A stretch of DNA of 60,997 bases from Alphaproteobacteria bacterium (lineage in GTDB: Bacteria; Pseudomonadota; Alphaproteobacteria; JAPYRI01), in assembly GCA_029941135.1 (NCBI GenBank), contig JAPYRI010000005.1, positions 1 to 60,997 of the forward strand, read 5' to 3'. Position numbers and translations under genes: made by a program. Below are positions 19,610-29,303 of this stretch, piece after piece. Each line of letters begins with the position of its first letter. The stretch's first letter is position 1. The notes under the pieces were generated by a model that had not been told where the DNA came from, did no database searches, and saw nothing but the letters and a program-made list of their open reading frames with translations.

Positions 19610-21181
19610 GTGACAACATTTGATCTAACAGACGACACCGTGGTGGTGGTCATCGGCTCGGGCGCAGGGGGTGGGACACTGTCAAATGAATTGGCCCAGA
19701 AAGGGGTCAAAGTCGTTTGCCTCGAAGCCGGTCAGTGGCTCGACTACACTGAAGACTTCGTCAATGACGAATGGACCATGTTCGGGCGTCTGACTTGGCA
19801 GGACAAACGGACTTCGTCTGGCACATGGCAGGTCGCCAAAGATTTTCCTGAACTACCTGCGTGGATCTGTAAGACAGTGGGTGGCACTACAACCCATTGG
19901 GCGGGCGTCAGTATACGGTTTCAAGAACACGAGTTCCGCACAAAGACCGTTTACGGCAACATCCCGGGCGCCAATCTTTTAGATTGGCCCCTCGGCCTCA
20001 ATGACCTGGCACCTTTTTACGATAGAGCCGAAGACAAACTGGGAGTCACGCGCACTCACGGCATACCTGGCCTTCCCGGCAACAATAATTTTAAGGTTAT
20101 GGAAGCTGGCGCGCGCAAACTCGGCTACAAGTCCGTGCATACCGGCTATATGGCAATTAATTCCGAGCCACGGAACGGTCGTACATCATGCCGCCAACTG
20201 GGATTTTGCCTCCAAGGCTGTCGGATGGGCGCTAAATGGTCCACTCTTCACACGGAAATTCCCGAAGCGGAAGCGACCAGTAATTTTGAACTGCGGCCCA
20301 ATGCCCAAGTCTTGAAGATCGAACACAGTCTGACAGGCAAGATCACGGCCGTTGTTTACGACGATGGCAATGGTAATCTGCAACGCCAAAAAGCGCGGGT
20401 CGTATGCGTTGCCGGAAACTCAATCGAAAGTCCCAGATTACTTCTGAATTCAGCGAGCAATCTATTTCCGGATGGACTCGCTAATTCATCCGGGCAAGTC
20501 GGCCAAAACTATATGCGCCATACATCGGGAGCAGTGTTTGGCGTGTTTGAAAAACCAGTCAATATGTATCGGGGCACAACGATGGCTGGCATTATTGAAG
20601 ATGAAGCCACCCACGACCCTTCCCGCGGGTTTGTTGGCGGCTATGAGTTGGAAACCGTTTCCCTGGGTCTACCGTTTTATATTTCGTTTTTGGATCCGAG
20701 TAATTGGGGTAAAGAAGTATCATGGTTTATTGATCGCTTTGACTGCACAGCTGCAATGTCGATTATTGGCGAAGACATGCCGCAGATGAGTAACCGCATC
20801 AGCTTGCACCCCAAACATAAGGATCAGTTTGGACTGCCGGTGCCGAATGTTCACTATGATGACCATGAAAATGATAGTGCCATGCGTGAACACGCATACA
20901 AACAAGGCGCTCGAATATACGAAGCAATTGGTGCTATTAAGGTCAAAAGGGCAGCACCATTGCCGGCGACTCACAACATGGGCACCAATCGGATGAGTGC
21001 ACAGCCACAAGAAGGCGTCGTCAACAAATGGGGGCAATGTCACGATGTTGACAATTTGTTTGTGTCGGATGGTAGCCAGTTCACCACCGGTGGCACTGAA
21101 AACCCCACTTTGACGATCGTCGCTTTAGCCATCCGTCAAGCCGAGTATTTGTCTAATCAGTTGAAAAAGAATAATATTTAG
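19610..21181 (+). CDS. GMC family FAD oxidoreductase (gluconate 2-dehydrogenase flavoprotein-like)
   Basis: VIGSGAGGG, VGGTTTHW, CRQLGFCLQGC, HNMGTNRM and ENPTLTIVALA. Confidence 0.9.
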   Translation: MTTFDLTDDTVVVVIGSGAGGGTLSNELAQKGVKVVCLEAGQWLDYTEDFVNDEWTMFGRLTWQDKRTSSGTWQVAKDFPELPAWICKTVGGTTTHWAGVSIRFQEHEFRTKTVYGNIPGANLLDWPLGLNDLAPFYDRAEDKLGVTRTHGIPGLPGNNNFKVMEAGARKLGYKSVHTGYMAINSEPRNGRTSCRQLGFCLQGCRMGAKWSTLHTEIPEAEATSNFELRPNAQVLKIEHSLTGKITAVVYDDGNGNLQRQKARVVCVAGNSIESPRLLLNSASNLFPDGLANSSGQVGQNYMRHTSGAVFGVFEKPVNMYRGTTMAGIIEDEATHDPSRGFVGGYELETVSLGLPFYISFLDPSNWGKEVSWFIDRFDCTAAMSIIGEDMPQMSNRISLHPKHKDQFGLPVPNVHYDDHENDSAMREHAYKQGARIYEAIGAIKVKRAAPLPATHNMGTNRMSAQPQEGVVNKWGQCHDVDNLFVSDGSQFTTGGTENPTLTIVALAIRQAEYLSNQLKKNNI

Positions 21182-21373
21182 AGCGAAATCGTAGTTTTAG
21201 TATAGCCGTGAGACCGGTTTAACAGAAACCGAGGGCCCGACGGAGCTTCGATAAATGTTAACTTATGTCCTCTAAATACCCGCTTCGTGAATTATCAAAT
21301 CGATGCCCAGGCATTATTGTTCCGGGCGCGTTTCAATTAATTCAAAGTATAATTGTGTTGAAAGGCGAATGTA

Positions 21374-21658
21374 ATGAGTAATGCCTCACACCAAGACAAT
21401 ATAGAAGTCGGTGACCGATATTATAAAGTAGGTCATTGGGAAGTGATCTGGCTTGTGAAGCGCATATTCGTGCCGAACGGCAAAGAAATTACCCATGTTG
21501 TGCTTGAACGCGAAGACTGGACCGGAGATTTCAACGTGATCTCGAGATCTGTTCTTGAAGACCAAAAAGATTACCGGTCTGATCGGCGCAACAAGAACTC
21601 GGTCAACTTAGAAGATAATCGCCGCCGCCGCGATGATCAGCCGCGAAATCCGCGATAA
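21374..21658 (+). CDS. Hypothetical protein (94 aa, Arg/Asp-rich C-terminus)
   Basis: ATG after AAGG; fills the gap between the GMC gene and the convergent dehalogenase gene. Confidence 0.55.
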   Translation: MSNASHQDNIEVGDRYYKVGHWEVIWLVKRIFVPNGKEITHVVLEREDWTGDFNVISRSVLEDQKDYRSDRRNKNSVNLEDNRRRRDDQPRNPR

Positions 21659-21661
21659 TAT

Positions 21662-22390
21662 TTATGCCCAACCACCGGCGAACGGCATGACGTTTCCGGT
21701 AATAAAATCACTGTCACTTGACGCGTAAAACGCAATCAAAGCACCCATTTCTTGTGGCTTACCTAAGCGCCTGAGCGGTATGTTGCGCGTGATTTTAGCC
21801 ATCGCTTCAGTATTTTCGCGTAAGGATTGCGGGAAATAATCAGGGCTCTCGACATAATTGGGAGCAATCGCATTTACTTGAATATTGTGAGGTCCCAACT
21901 CCTTGGCTAGTGACACCACCATCGAATTGGTCGCCCCGCGTGCGGTCACGTACATGGTGTAGTTAGGAAGCCCATGAAAAGGTGCAGCCGACGTGATGAA
22001 TATTAATTTACCCGACTTTCGCTCTTTCATTTGGGGGACCGCGGCGCCCGCCAAGATAAAGGGCCATACAACCATATCCTCAAGTCCGTTCCTCATATCT
22101 TGAGGATTGGCCTCATCGACTGGTGCCCGAATGGCCGGGAATGCATCATTACTCACCACTACATCAATGCGGCCGATTTTATCGGTCACAGCAGCCATCA
22201 ATTTTGCCGGGTCCTGTTCCCACATAACGTGCCGCTTCGGGTGGCCATCGGCATATTCTAGACGCGCTTTCTCGTCGCTAAAGCTCTTATCGTGGCAAAC
22301 GACAATCGCCCCGCGCGCAGCCAATTCTGCAGCCGCGGGCGGACCCGCGAAATGCTCCACATTTGTAATGAGAACCACCCGGTCTTTCAT
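21662..22390 (-). CDS. Halohydrin dehalogenase (haloalcohol dehalogenase, SDR fold)
   Basis: T-x4-F-x-G (TNVEHFAG) replaces the NAD(P)-binding TGxxxGxG. S-x12-Y-x3-R (SAAPFHGLPNYTMYVTAR) replaces YxxxK. Halide loop APNYV and C-terminal FAGGW are present. Start moved to ATG at 22390 (GAGG RBS). Confidence 0.85.
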   Translation of the reverse strand: MKDRVVLITNVEHFAGPPAAAELAARGAIVVCHDKSFSDEKARLEYADGHPKRHVMWEQDPAKLMAAVTDKIGRIDVVVSNDAFPAIRAPVDEANPQDMRNGLEDMVVWPFILAGAAVPQMKERKSGKLIFITSAAPFHGLPNYTMYVTARGATNSMVVSLAKELGPHNIQVNAIAPNYVESPDYFPQSLRENTEAMAKITRNIPLRRLGKPQEMGALIAFYASSDSDFITGNVMPFAGGWA

Positions 22391-22458
22391 AGTCACCTCT
22401 CTCGGCATATATTTGAATGCACAAACTAGCACCGACCAACTCGGGGAAAAAGCAGACC

Positions 22459-23289
22459 ATGTCAACAAAACCGGACATTGATTCGGAAACATTTCGTGAG
22501 TTTGAGCTTACCGGATGGCGAAAAGTGTCTGCCGAGTATCAAGAGTATTATTCGCGGGTCACGCGTCAAACAGTTGAGCCGCTGCTTGATGCGGTGGGCG
22601 CGGGTCAGGGTATGCGCATACTCGACGTTGCTACCGGGCCTGGCTACGTGGCCGCAGCAGCAACAACGCGTGGCGCTGTAGGAGTGGGCATCGATTTTTC
22701 GGAACCGCAAATCGAACTCGCCCGACAGCAGTTTGCCGGTAGTGAATTTCATGTGAGTGATGCGGAGGATCTGCCTTTTCCAGACCAAGACTTCGATGGC
22801 GTCGTCATAAACTTTGGGGTTCTGCATTTTCCGCAGCCGGAAGTAGCGATTTCAGAAGCTTTCCGCGTCCTCAGAAAAGGGGGCCGTCTTGCGTTTACTG
22901 TGTGGGCAGCATCTGAGGTTTCGAAAGCCTTTGATATCGTCGAGCGCGCTCTAAAAACACACGGGAACCTCGATTTGCCCCTGCCGAAAGGTCCGTACCT
23001 CTATCGCTTTAGTGATCCCGAAGAATGCAGCCGGGTGCTGTTGGCAGCTGGATTTGACAACCCGACATCTACATTGGTCAACAGCGTTTGGCGCTTTCCG
23101 GCACCTGAAACTTTATTCGAGGCGGTTAGCTCGGCGGGGGTGCGCATGACTTCGGTACTCAACTTGCAAACCCCGGCAGCGCTCGAAAACATTCGAGCAC
23201 AAATGCGCAACGATTGTGCGAAGTACGTTAGTGGCGACATGATCGAATTGCCGATGGGGGCTATTCTTTCAACGGCTAATAAGACTTAA
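22459..23289 (+). CDS. Class I SAM-dependent methyltransferase
   Basis: ILDVATGPG, GIDFS, DAEDLPFPDQDFD and RVLRKGGRL. Confidence 0.85.
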   Translation: MSTKPDIDSETFREFELTGWRKVSAEYQEYYSRVTRQTVEPLLDAVGAGQGMRILDVATGPGYVAAAATTRGAVGVGIDFSEPQIELARQQFAGSEFHVSDAEDLPFPDQDFDGVVINFGVLHFPQPEVAISEAFRVLRKGGRLAFTVWAASEVSKAFDIVERALKTHGNLDLPLPKGPYLYRFSDPEECSRVLLAAGFDNPTSTLVNSVWRFPAPETLFEAVSSAGVRMTSVLNLQTPAALENIRAQMRNDCAKYVSGDMIELPMGAILSTANKT

Positions 23290-23307
23290 ACAGAGAGGAC
23301 AAAGCCA

Positions 23308-23772
23308 ATGTCTGAAGATAACCCTATTAGCCTTTATAGCCGCATCACAATCATGGCGGAGAGTCTTGTGCCTGTTGTGCGTACTTTACGTAAAGAGATC
23401 GGCATACAGCGCGCGGACGAGATTATCGCCGGCGCACTTGAGGAAATTGGCCGGGGCTGGGGCGCGGCCATTAACGAAATCGAAGGTGATGGCTTGGCGG
23501 AGCGTTTGGCCAAGGGACTCACCGGATTTGAAGAAGACAACGCCCTTGACTATTCAGTGCTGCGCCAAGAAGACGAGGCTTTTGATTTCAACGTGACGCG
23601 CTGCCGGTATGCTGAGTTTATGGAGGGCATTGGCGCCCAAGACTTGGGACCGTTGTTGATTTGCAACTTGGATCACGCTATGGCCGACGAAATCGGCATG
23701 ACGCTTACGCGGGAGCAAACAATTATGACCGGTAAGTCATCCTGCAGTTTCCGCTTCCGCGCCAAAAATTAA
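23308..23772 (+). CDS. L-2-amino-thiazoline-4-carboxylic acid hydrolase (ATC hydrolase)-like protein
   Basis: FDFNVTRCRYAEF...LGPLLICNLD...LTREQTIMTGKSSCSFRF three-Cys pattern. Confidence 0.75.
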   Translation: MSEDNPISLYSRITIMAESLVPVVRTLRKEIGIQRADEIIAGALEEIGRGWGAAINEIEGDGLAERLAKGLTGFEEDNALDYSVLRQEDEAFDFNVTRCRYAEFMEGIGAQDLGPLLICNLDHAMADEIGMTLTREQTIMTGKSSCSFRFRAKN

Positions 23773-23784
23773 TAATTTTGTCAG

Positions 23785-24504
23785 TTATCGAATATCTGCG
23801 TCTTCGAGCAGAATACGCACCACACCTTCCGGGTCGCTAACCATGGCGTCATGCCCCGTGTGCAGAACATGGTGACGCCAAGTGCATTCAGTCTGATAAC
23901 GCTCAGAAAACTGACCGAAGGGCCCCATGGCAGGATCATCGCAGTAAACGAAGCTACGCGGCAGGCTGGCTGCTAGATGATCAGGTAAATTTAATGGCAT
24001 ATCGAACGTATTGTCCGGCTGCGGCACAATGTGATCACGCACCCAAGTTGCATCGGCTGGATCCAACACCCCAAATGCCGACGGATCGGGTGCCGAATTA
24101 CCGTCGCGCGATGGGCCATCTACCAATGCCTGTTCAAGAATCGGCATAAAATCCGGCGGTATATAGTCGAACAGGCATTTGCCGTCCTCAGGCACAAACG
24201 CATCCAAGTAAATCAGCCGCCCAATTCGCTCCGCAGCTTGCTCCGCTACGCCGGTGATCACCATACCGCCGTAGGAATGTCCGACCAGAACAACATCCGT
24301 TAGGTCGCGCCATTCAAGGACTGCAGCCACATCCGTGATATGGGTATCGAGACTTTTGCAAGCGCCACGTAAATGATAACGATCCCCAAGTCCAGTCAAG
24401 GTAATCGTGTGAACTTCATGGCCGGCGCGACGCAGGACCGGTTCTACTCGTGACCAGCACCATGCCCCATGCCATGCCCCGTGAACCAATACAAATGTTG
24501 CCAT
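23785..24504 (-). CDS. Alpha/beta hydrolase (esterase-like)
   Basis: FVLVHGAWHGAWCW, nucleophile elbow GHSYGG and catalytic His in TGHDAM. Confidence 0.9.
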   Translation of the reverse strand: MATFVLVHGAWHGAWCWSRVEPVLRRAGHEVHTITLTGLGDRYHLRGACKSLDTHITDVAAVLEWRDLTDVVLVGHSYGGMVITGVAEQAAERIGRLIYLDAFVPEDGKCLFDYIPPDFMPILEQALVDGPSRDGNSAPDPSAFGVLDPADATWVRDHIVPQPDNTFDMPLNLPDHLAASLPRSFVYCDDPAMGPFGQFSERYQTECTWRHHVLHTGHDAMVSDPEGVVRILLEDADIR

Positions 24505-24533
24505 GTTGATTTCCTGACCTTGACTTCTAAATC

Positions 24534-25709
24534 TTATCCGAGAGCTTCATGTGCGGCTGCAATTGCTACACCTTTATTCACGTTAGCTTGCATGTCGACT
24601 AAGATGGTCTCAAGCGCGCTGAGGCAAAGCAGGACATTATTTGTGCACGCACTTTGCCCCATTAAGCCAATGCGCCAGATCTTTCCAGCAAGCCCGCCAA
24701 GGCCCGCGCCCACTTCCAAATCATAATCCGCGAGGCACCTTCGGCGGACTTCAGCCTCGTCAACGCCCTCCGGTACTTTTACTGCATTTAACTGAGGCAA
24801 TCGATGTTGGGGATCGACTTGGAACGCGAGTCCCATGGCCTCGAGGCCCGCACGCAATGCTGCATGCATTTTCGCATGCCGGGCCCAGGCATTTTCCAGC
24901 CCCTCTTCCTCGACCATCAGCAACGCTTCGTGCAACCCATAAAGCGCATTGATCGGCGCCGTATGATGATAGGCGCGGCCGCCATCGCCATCCCAATAAC
25001 CCATCACCAAATTGAGATCGAGAAACCAGCTCGAAACCTTACTGGTTCGCGCACGTATCGCTTCCACTGCCCGGTCGCTTAGGGTAATCGGCGACAACCC
25101 TGGCGGACACGAGAGACATTTTTGGGTACCGCTATAAACCGCATCTGCCCCCCAGGCATCGACTTCTACAGGTATGCCCGCGACCGACGTCACCGCATCC
25201 ACAATCGACAAACAATCATGCGTCCGCGCAAGTTCGCACAATGCTGCCGCATCCGATTGCACACCAGTTGACGTTTCGGCATGGACAAAAGCCAGTGCCT
25301 TGGCGCCGGGGTGCTTTTTTAGAGCCGCTTCGACCGCCTCCAATTCAATGGCTTCACCCCAGGCGTTTTCGACCATGACCAGCGTGCCGCCGCAGCGCTC
25401 AACGTTTTCTTTCATGCGGCCGCCAAAGGCCCCGTTTTGGCATACAACAACGGTATCGCCCGGCTCCACTAAATTGACGAAACATGTTTCCATGCCCGCC
25501 GAACCTGGTGCCGAAATTGGGATGGTCAATTTGTTTTGGGTTCTAAAGACATAGCGGAGAAGACGTTTGACATCTTCCATCATATCGACAAAAGCCGGAT
25601 CCAGATGACCAATGGTCGGGCGCGCCAAGGCGGACAGAACCCGCGGGTGAACGTCCGAGGGACCAGGACCCATGAGCGTTCGCCGGGGCGGCATGAATGA
25701 ATTCGTCAC
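24534..25709 (-). CDS. Alanine/serine-glyoxylate aminotransferase (class V PLP enzyme)
   Basis: LMGPGPS, VHAETSTG, VDAVTS, SGTQKCLSCPPG, YHHTAP and WRIGLMG. Confidence 0.9.
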   Translation of the reverse strand: MTNSFMPPRRTLMGPGPSDVHPRVLSALARPTIGHLDPAFVDMMEDVKRLLRYVFRTQNKLTIPISAPGSAGMETCFVNLVEPGDTVVVCQNGAFGGRMKENVERCGGTLVMVENAWGEAIELEAVEAALKKHPGAKALAFVHAETSTGVQSDAAALCELARTHDCLSIVDAVTSVAGIPVEVDAWGADAVYSGTQKCLSCPPGLSPITLSDRAVEAIRARTSKVSSWFLDLNLVMGYWDGDGGRAYHHTAPINALYGLHEALLMVEEEGLENAWARHAKMHAALRAGLEAMGLAFQVDPQHRLPQLNAVKVPEGVDEAEVRRRCLADYDLEVGAGLGGLAGKIWRIGLMGQSACTNNVLLCLSALETILVDMQANVNKGVAIAAAHEALG

Positions 25710-25894
25710 AAAATGTCCTCCAAAACGTGCACTGGTGCATAAAGTGGCGGGAAGTTACCACAATTTTGCGGAACTGGATTGAATTCCAGTGTAAATTCCA
25801 CGGACGATTGCGCAGTGAGACAATGATTCCTTGACGGTTACGCGAGAGGTTTTTCTAATGGTCCAAACTGTGTCCGAATAAAAAGGGGGAGAAC

Positions 25895-27496
25895 ATGAAA
25901 CTGGGTGCAGGTGCTTGCTGGAAAATTGCCGTACTGGGATTGACGGCTGGATGGCTGACCACGCCGGAGGCGGGCACTGCGCAGGAACTGGATCCCCGGA
26001 ACATATTGGAAGAGCGATGCTCCAGCTGTCACACCCCGCGCGCCGGCGGCGGCCTTGAACGCATTAGCGACAATCGTAAGACGCCCGAAGGTTGGGAAAT
26101 GACCATTGTTCGCATGGGCATCTGGCATGGTGTCGAAGTCCCTGAAGACGAACTCGCGGTGTTGGTTCGACATTTGTCGAACACTCAGGGCCTCGCACCT
26201 GCAGAAACCGCAGGTCAGCGTTTCATCTTAGAACGTCAGCCAAACGTCGTAGAAAATATCCCCAATGCCGAACTCAATGTCATGTGCGCGCGCTGCCACA
26301 GCTTTGCCCGCGTTGCTCTTCAGCGCCAGGACGAAGACGAATGGCGCAAGCAATCCCACGCTCATCTGGGCCAGTATCCGACAACCGAATATCAATCTTT
26401 GGGACGCGATCGGGATTGGTGGGGCATCGCGCGCGACAAAATGCCAAAGCTGCTTGGCGAGATGTTTCCCCTGAAGACCGACACTTGGGATGATTGGCGA
26501 AAGAGCGCTAAAGCCGACATATCGGGCTCATGGCGGGTGCACGGCGAACGGCCCGGCGTCGGGCGATACGTGGGCTCAGCTGAGATCACAGCAACTGATT
26601 GGGATGAATACGAAGTTACTTACGCATTGCGCTACGCAAATGGGTCCGAAGTTACGGGTCAGGGTGCAGCGATCGTCTACACAGGCTTTGAATGGCGCGG
26701 ATCAGCTACCCTTGGTGACGAAGAAGTGCGCGAAGTATTCGCCTTAAGTGAAGACGGAAATTCGCTGTCGGGTCGTTGGTTCTTGGCCAACGCGGATGAA
26801 GTCGGTGCCCATTTCAATGCCGTGCGGGTCCGAGAGGGAGCCTCAACGATCATTGCTGTAGAGCCCCAAATGTTGCGCGCGGGCGAAAGTACGAACATCA
26901 CCATTCACGGTTTTGGTCTGAAAGGTAACGTCTCCTTGGGCGATGGGGTGACGATATCTGAATTTGTTACTGCCGATGCCAACTCAATAACCGTTGTCGC
27001 TACCGCGGCAACCGACATTGAAGGTGGCAATCGCAGTGTGTCCATTGGCAGTACGATTGCGACTGATTTATTTTCGGTATACAGCCAAATCGATAGACTG
27101 GTAGTCGAGCCACCCTTCGCCATAGCGCGGGTGGGTGGTGGCACAACCCCAGCCGTTGTCGCCCAGTTCACCGCCGTTGCCTATTTGAACGGCCCCGATG
27201 GTGAAGCCGGAACAAATGACGATGTGCGTCTGGGCAGCGTCCCCGCTGAATGGTCAATCGAAAATTTCAGCGAAGAAGCCGAACAGATGGAAGACGCCAA
27301 GTATGTCGGCACCATCGATCAAAATGGAACGTTTATGCCGGCAGGCGCGGGGCCAAACCCGGAGCGTAAATACAAAACCAATAACGCCGGTCGAGTGACG
27401 GTAAAGGCAAATGCTGCAAATGGCGAAAGTCAGATCGCCGGTGACGCCGAAATGGTCGTGACGGTACAACGCTGGAACTCACCACCCATTTTATAA
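25895..27496 (+). CDS. qhpA: Quinohemoprotein amine dehydrogenase alpha subunit (di-heme c)
   Basis: Signal peptide, CSSCH and CARCH heme motifs, RKTPEGWEMT, GPNPER and VTVQRWN. Confidence 0.95.
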   Translation: MKLGAGACWKIAVLGLTAGWLTTPEAGTAQELDPRNILEERCSSCHTPRAGGGLERISDNRKTPEGWEMTIVRMGIWHGVEVPEDELAVLVRHLSNTQGLAPAETAGQRFILERQPNVVENIPNAELNVMCARCHSFARVALQRQDEDEWRKQSHAHLGQYPTTEYQSLGRDRDWWGIARDKMPKLLGEMFPLKTDTWDDWRKSAKADISGSWRVHGERPGVGRYVGSAEITATDWDEYEVTYALRYANGSEVTGQGAAIVYTGFEWRGSATLGDEEVREVFALSEDGNSLSGRWFLANADEVGAHFNAVRVREGASTIIAVEPQMLRAGESTNITIHGFGLKGNVSLGDGVTISEFVTADANSITVVATAATDIEGGNRSVSIGSTIATDLFSVYSQIDRLVVEPPFAIARVGGGTTPAVVAQFTAVAYLNGPDGEAGTNDDVRLGSVPAEWSIENFSEEAEQMEDAKYVGTIDQNGTFMPAGAGPNPERKYKTNNAGRVTVKANAANGESQIAGDAEMVVTVQRWNSPPIL

Positions 27497-27526
27497 CCCC
27501 TTGAACACCTAGAACTGTAGGGTCCA

Positions 27527-28951
27527 ATGACGATACAATTGATTGAGCATAATCTTCACGAAATCGCGGTCGAAGGCCGTCGTGTACTCTTTCACATTCC
27601 GACCAGCGCTTTATTTGAACTTGACCCGGTTGGAGAAGCAGTCATCGACGCTTTGCGCGGGCATCAAACACTTGAAAGCGACGACCTAAATAGCGTGCTG
27701 GCCAAGCACTTCGACACCAACCAAGTCAGCGATACGCTGGATGAATTCCGTCAATTGAATATCATCATTGGCGGGCCTGAAACAACGGCGCGCGCGCCTG
27801 CTGAGATCACAGGTGAAGGTCTGACAACGCTCGTCCTCAACGTCAACACCGGCTGCAATTTGTCGTGTACCTATTGTTACAAGGAAGATCTGACGACACC
27901 TGCTAAGGGCGACTTGATGGACATTGGAACCGCACAACGTTCCGTTGATATGTTGATCAAGCAAGCCGGGCCGGGGGCCAGAGTAAATCTAGTGTTTTTA
28001 GGTGGTGAGCCTTTGACCAATATGAAGCTCATTCGAAGCACGGTCGCTTATGCCGAAGAACAAGCCATCGTTGCGGATGTGAAAGTCGATTTCACCCTCA
28101 CCACCAACGCGACTTTGTTGACCAATGAAATTATCGATTATCTGGACAGTCACCGCTTTGGTCTCACCGTCAGCATGGACGGCCCCAAGGCACTTCATGA
28201 TCGCAACCGCAAAACCATCGGCGGCAAGGGGACCTATGACGTGGTGGCAAAAAATGTCCGGCGCCTGTTGTCCCGGTACCGCTCACGGCCAGTAGGCGCA
28301 CGTGTCACCTTGACCCCTGGGGTTACGGACGTGCATGCCATTCATGATCATTTGGTGGGCGACCTTGGCTTTCATGAAGTTGGTTTTTCGCCCGCAACCG
28401 CCGGCGACAACGATATATTCAACTTAAATGGGCAAGAATTGGCCGACGTATTCGCCGGCATGAAAGCACTGGGGCGACTTTATATGGAAGGCGCCTTGCG
28501 CGGTCTCAATATCGGCTTCTCGAACATGCATCAATTGATGACCGATCTTCATGAAGGGACCCGCAAGTTGATCCCCTGCGGTGCCGGTGTCGGTATGTTG
28601 GCCGTCGATAAGGACGGCAAGTTTAATTTGTGTCACCGATTTACCGGGTCAGAGTTGCCTACTTTCGGCGACGTGGACAGCGGCCTCGACAAAGCTGCAT
28701 TGAGCAAATTCGTCAATGATGCTCAGGATCGCACTAATACCGACTGCGCCACTTGCCGCATCCGTAATTTGTGCTCAGGTGGTTGCTATCATGAATCTTA
28801 CGCGCGTTACGGCGACCCTTTACACCCGACCTACCATTACTGTGATCTGATGCGAGATTGGGTGGACTTCGGCCTGGAAGTGTACACCCGCATCACGACT
28901 GAAAAACCGGAATTTTTTGCGCACCACATCGAGCCCCGGAGGGCGACCTAA
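27527..28951 (+). CDS. qhpD: Radical SAM thioether-forming maturase for the QHNDH gamma subunit
   Basis: CNLSCTYC and SPASM Cys set ([24 protein letters not shown]). Lies between qhpA and qhpC. Confidence 0.95.
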   Translation: MTIQLIEHNLHEIAVEGRRVLFHIPTSALFELDPVGEAVIDALRGHQTLESDDLNSVLAKHFDTNQVSDTLDEFRQLNIIIGGPETTARAPAEITGEGLTTLVLNVNTGCNLSCTYCYKEDLTTPAKGDLMDIGTAQRSVDMLIKQAGPGARVNLVFLGGEPLTNMKLIRSTVAYAEEQAIVADVKVDFTLTTNATLLTNEIIDYLDSHRFGLTVSMDGPKALHDRNRKTIGGKGTYDVVAKNVRRLLSRYRSRPVGARVTLTPGVTDVHAIHDHLVGDLGFHEVGFSPATAGDNDIFNLNGQELADVFAGMKALGRLYMEGALRGLNIGFSNMHQLMTDLHEGTRKLIPCGAGVGMLAVDKDGKFNLCHRFTGSELPTFGDVDSGLDKAALSKFVNDAQDRTNTDCATCRIRNLCSGGCYHESYARYGDPLHPTYHYCDLMRDWVDFGLEVYTRITTEKPEFFAHHIEPRRAT

Positions 28952-29271
28952 TGAAACACCTGAAGCCGCTCAACAATAAGGCGGAACTGCTGGAAAAAGC
29001 GGTAAAAGAAGGCAAGACCGAAGAGGTTTTTCAGATGACCATAGTCGCCGGCTGTACCGCGACTTTGGATCCGGGGTGGGAAGTAGACGTGTTCGGCGGC
29101 GTCGCCGCGTTATGCCAACCTATGGAGGCTGACCTCTATGGCTGCACTGACCCGTGCTGGTGGCCGGCACAAACCGCCGACACCATTAATACCAACCCGG
29201 ATTGGACCGATGGCGCACCCTCCGCTCAAAGGGATTGGCGAGCTCTGCAAACGATATATCCAAAGCGATAG
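28951..29271 (+). CDS. qhpC: QHNDH gamma subunit precursor (CTQ cofactor peptide with 28-aa leader)
   Basis: Counting from M29, the core keeps C7/E16, C27/D33 and C41/D49 (thioether pairs) and C37/W43 (CTQ). Confidence 0.97.
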   Translation: MKHLKPLNNKAELLEKAVKEGKTEEVFQMTIVAGCTATLDPGWEVDVFGGVAALCQPMEADLYGCTDPCWWPAQTADTINTNPDWTDGAPSAQRDWRALQTIYPKR

Positions 29272-29303
29272 CGGCGAGCAGTCCAGATAAAGGGAGATTG
29301 GTA

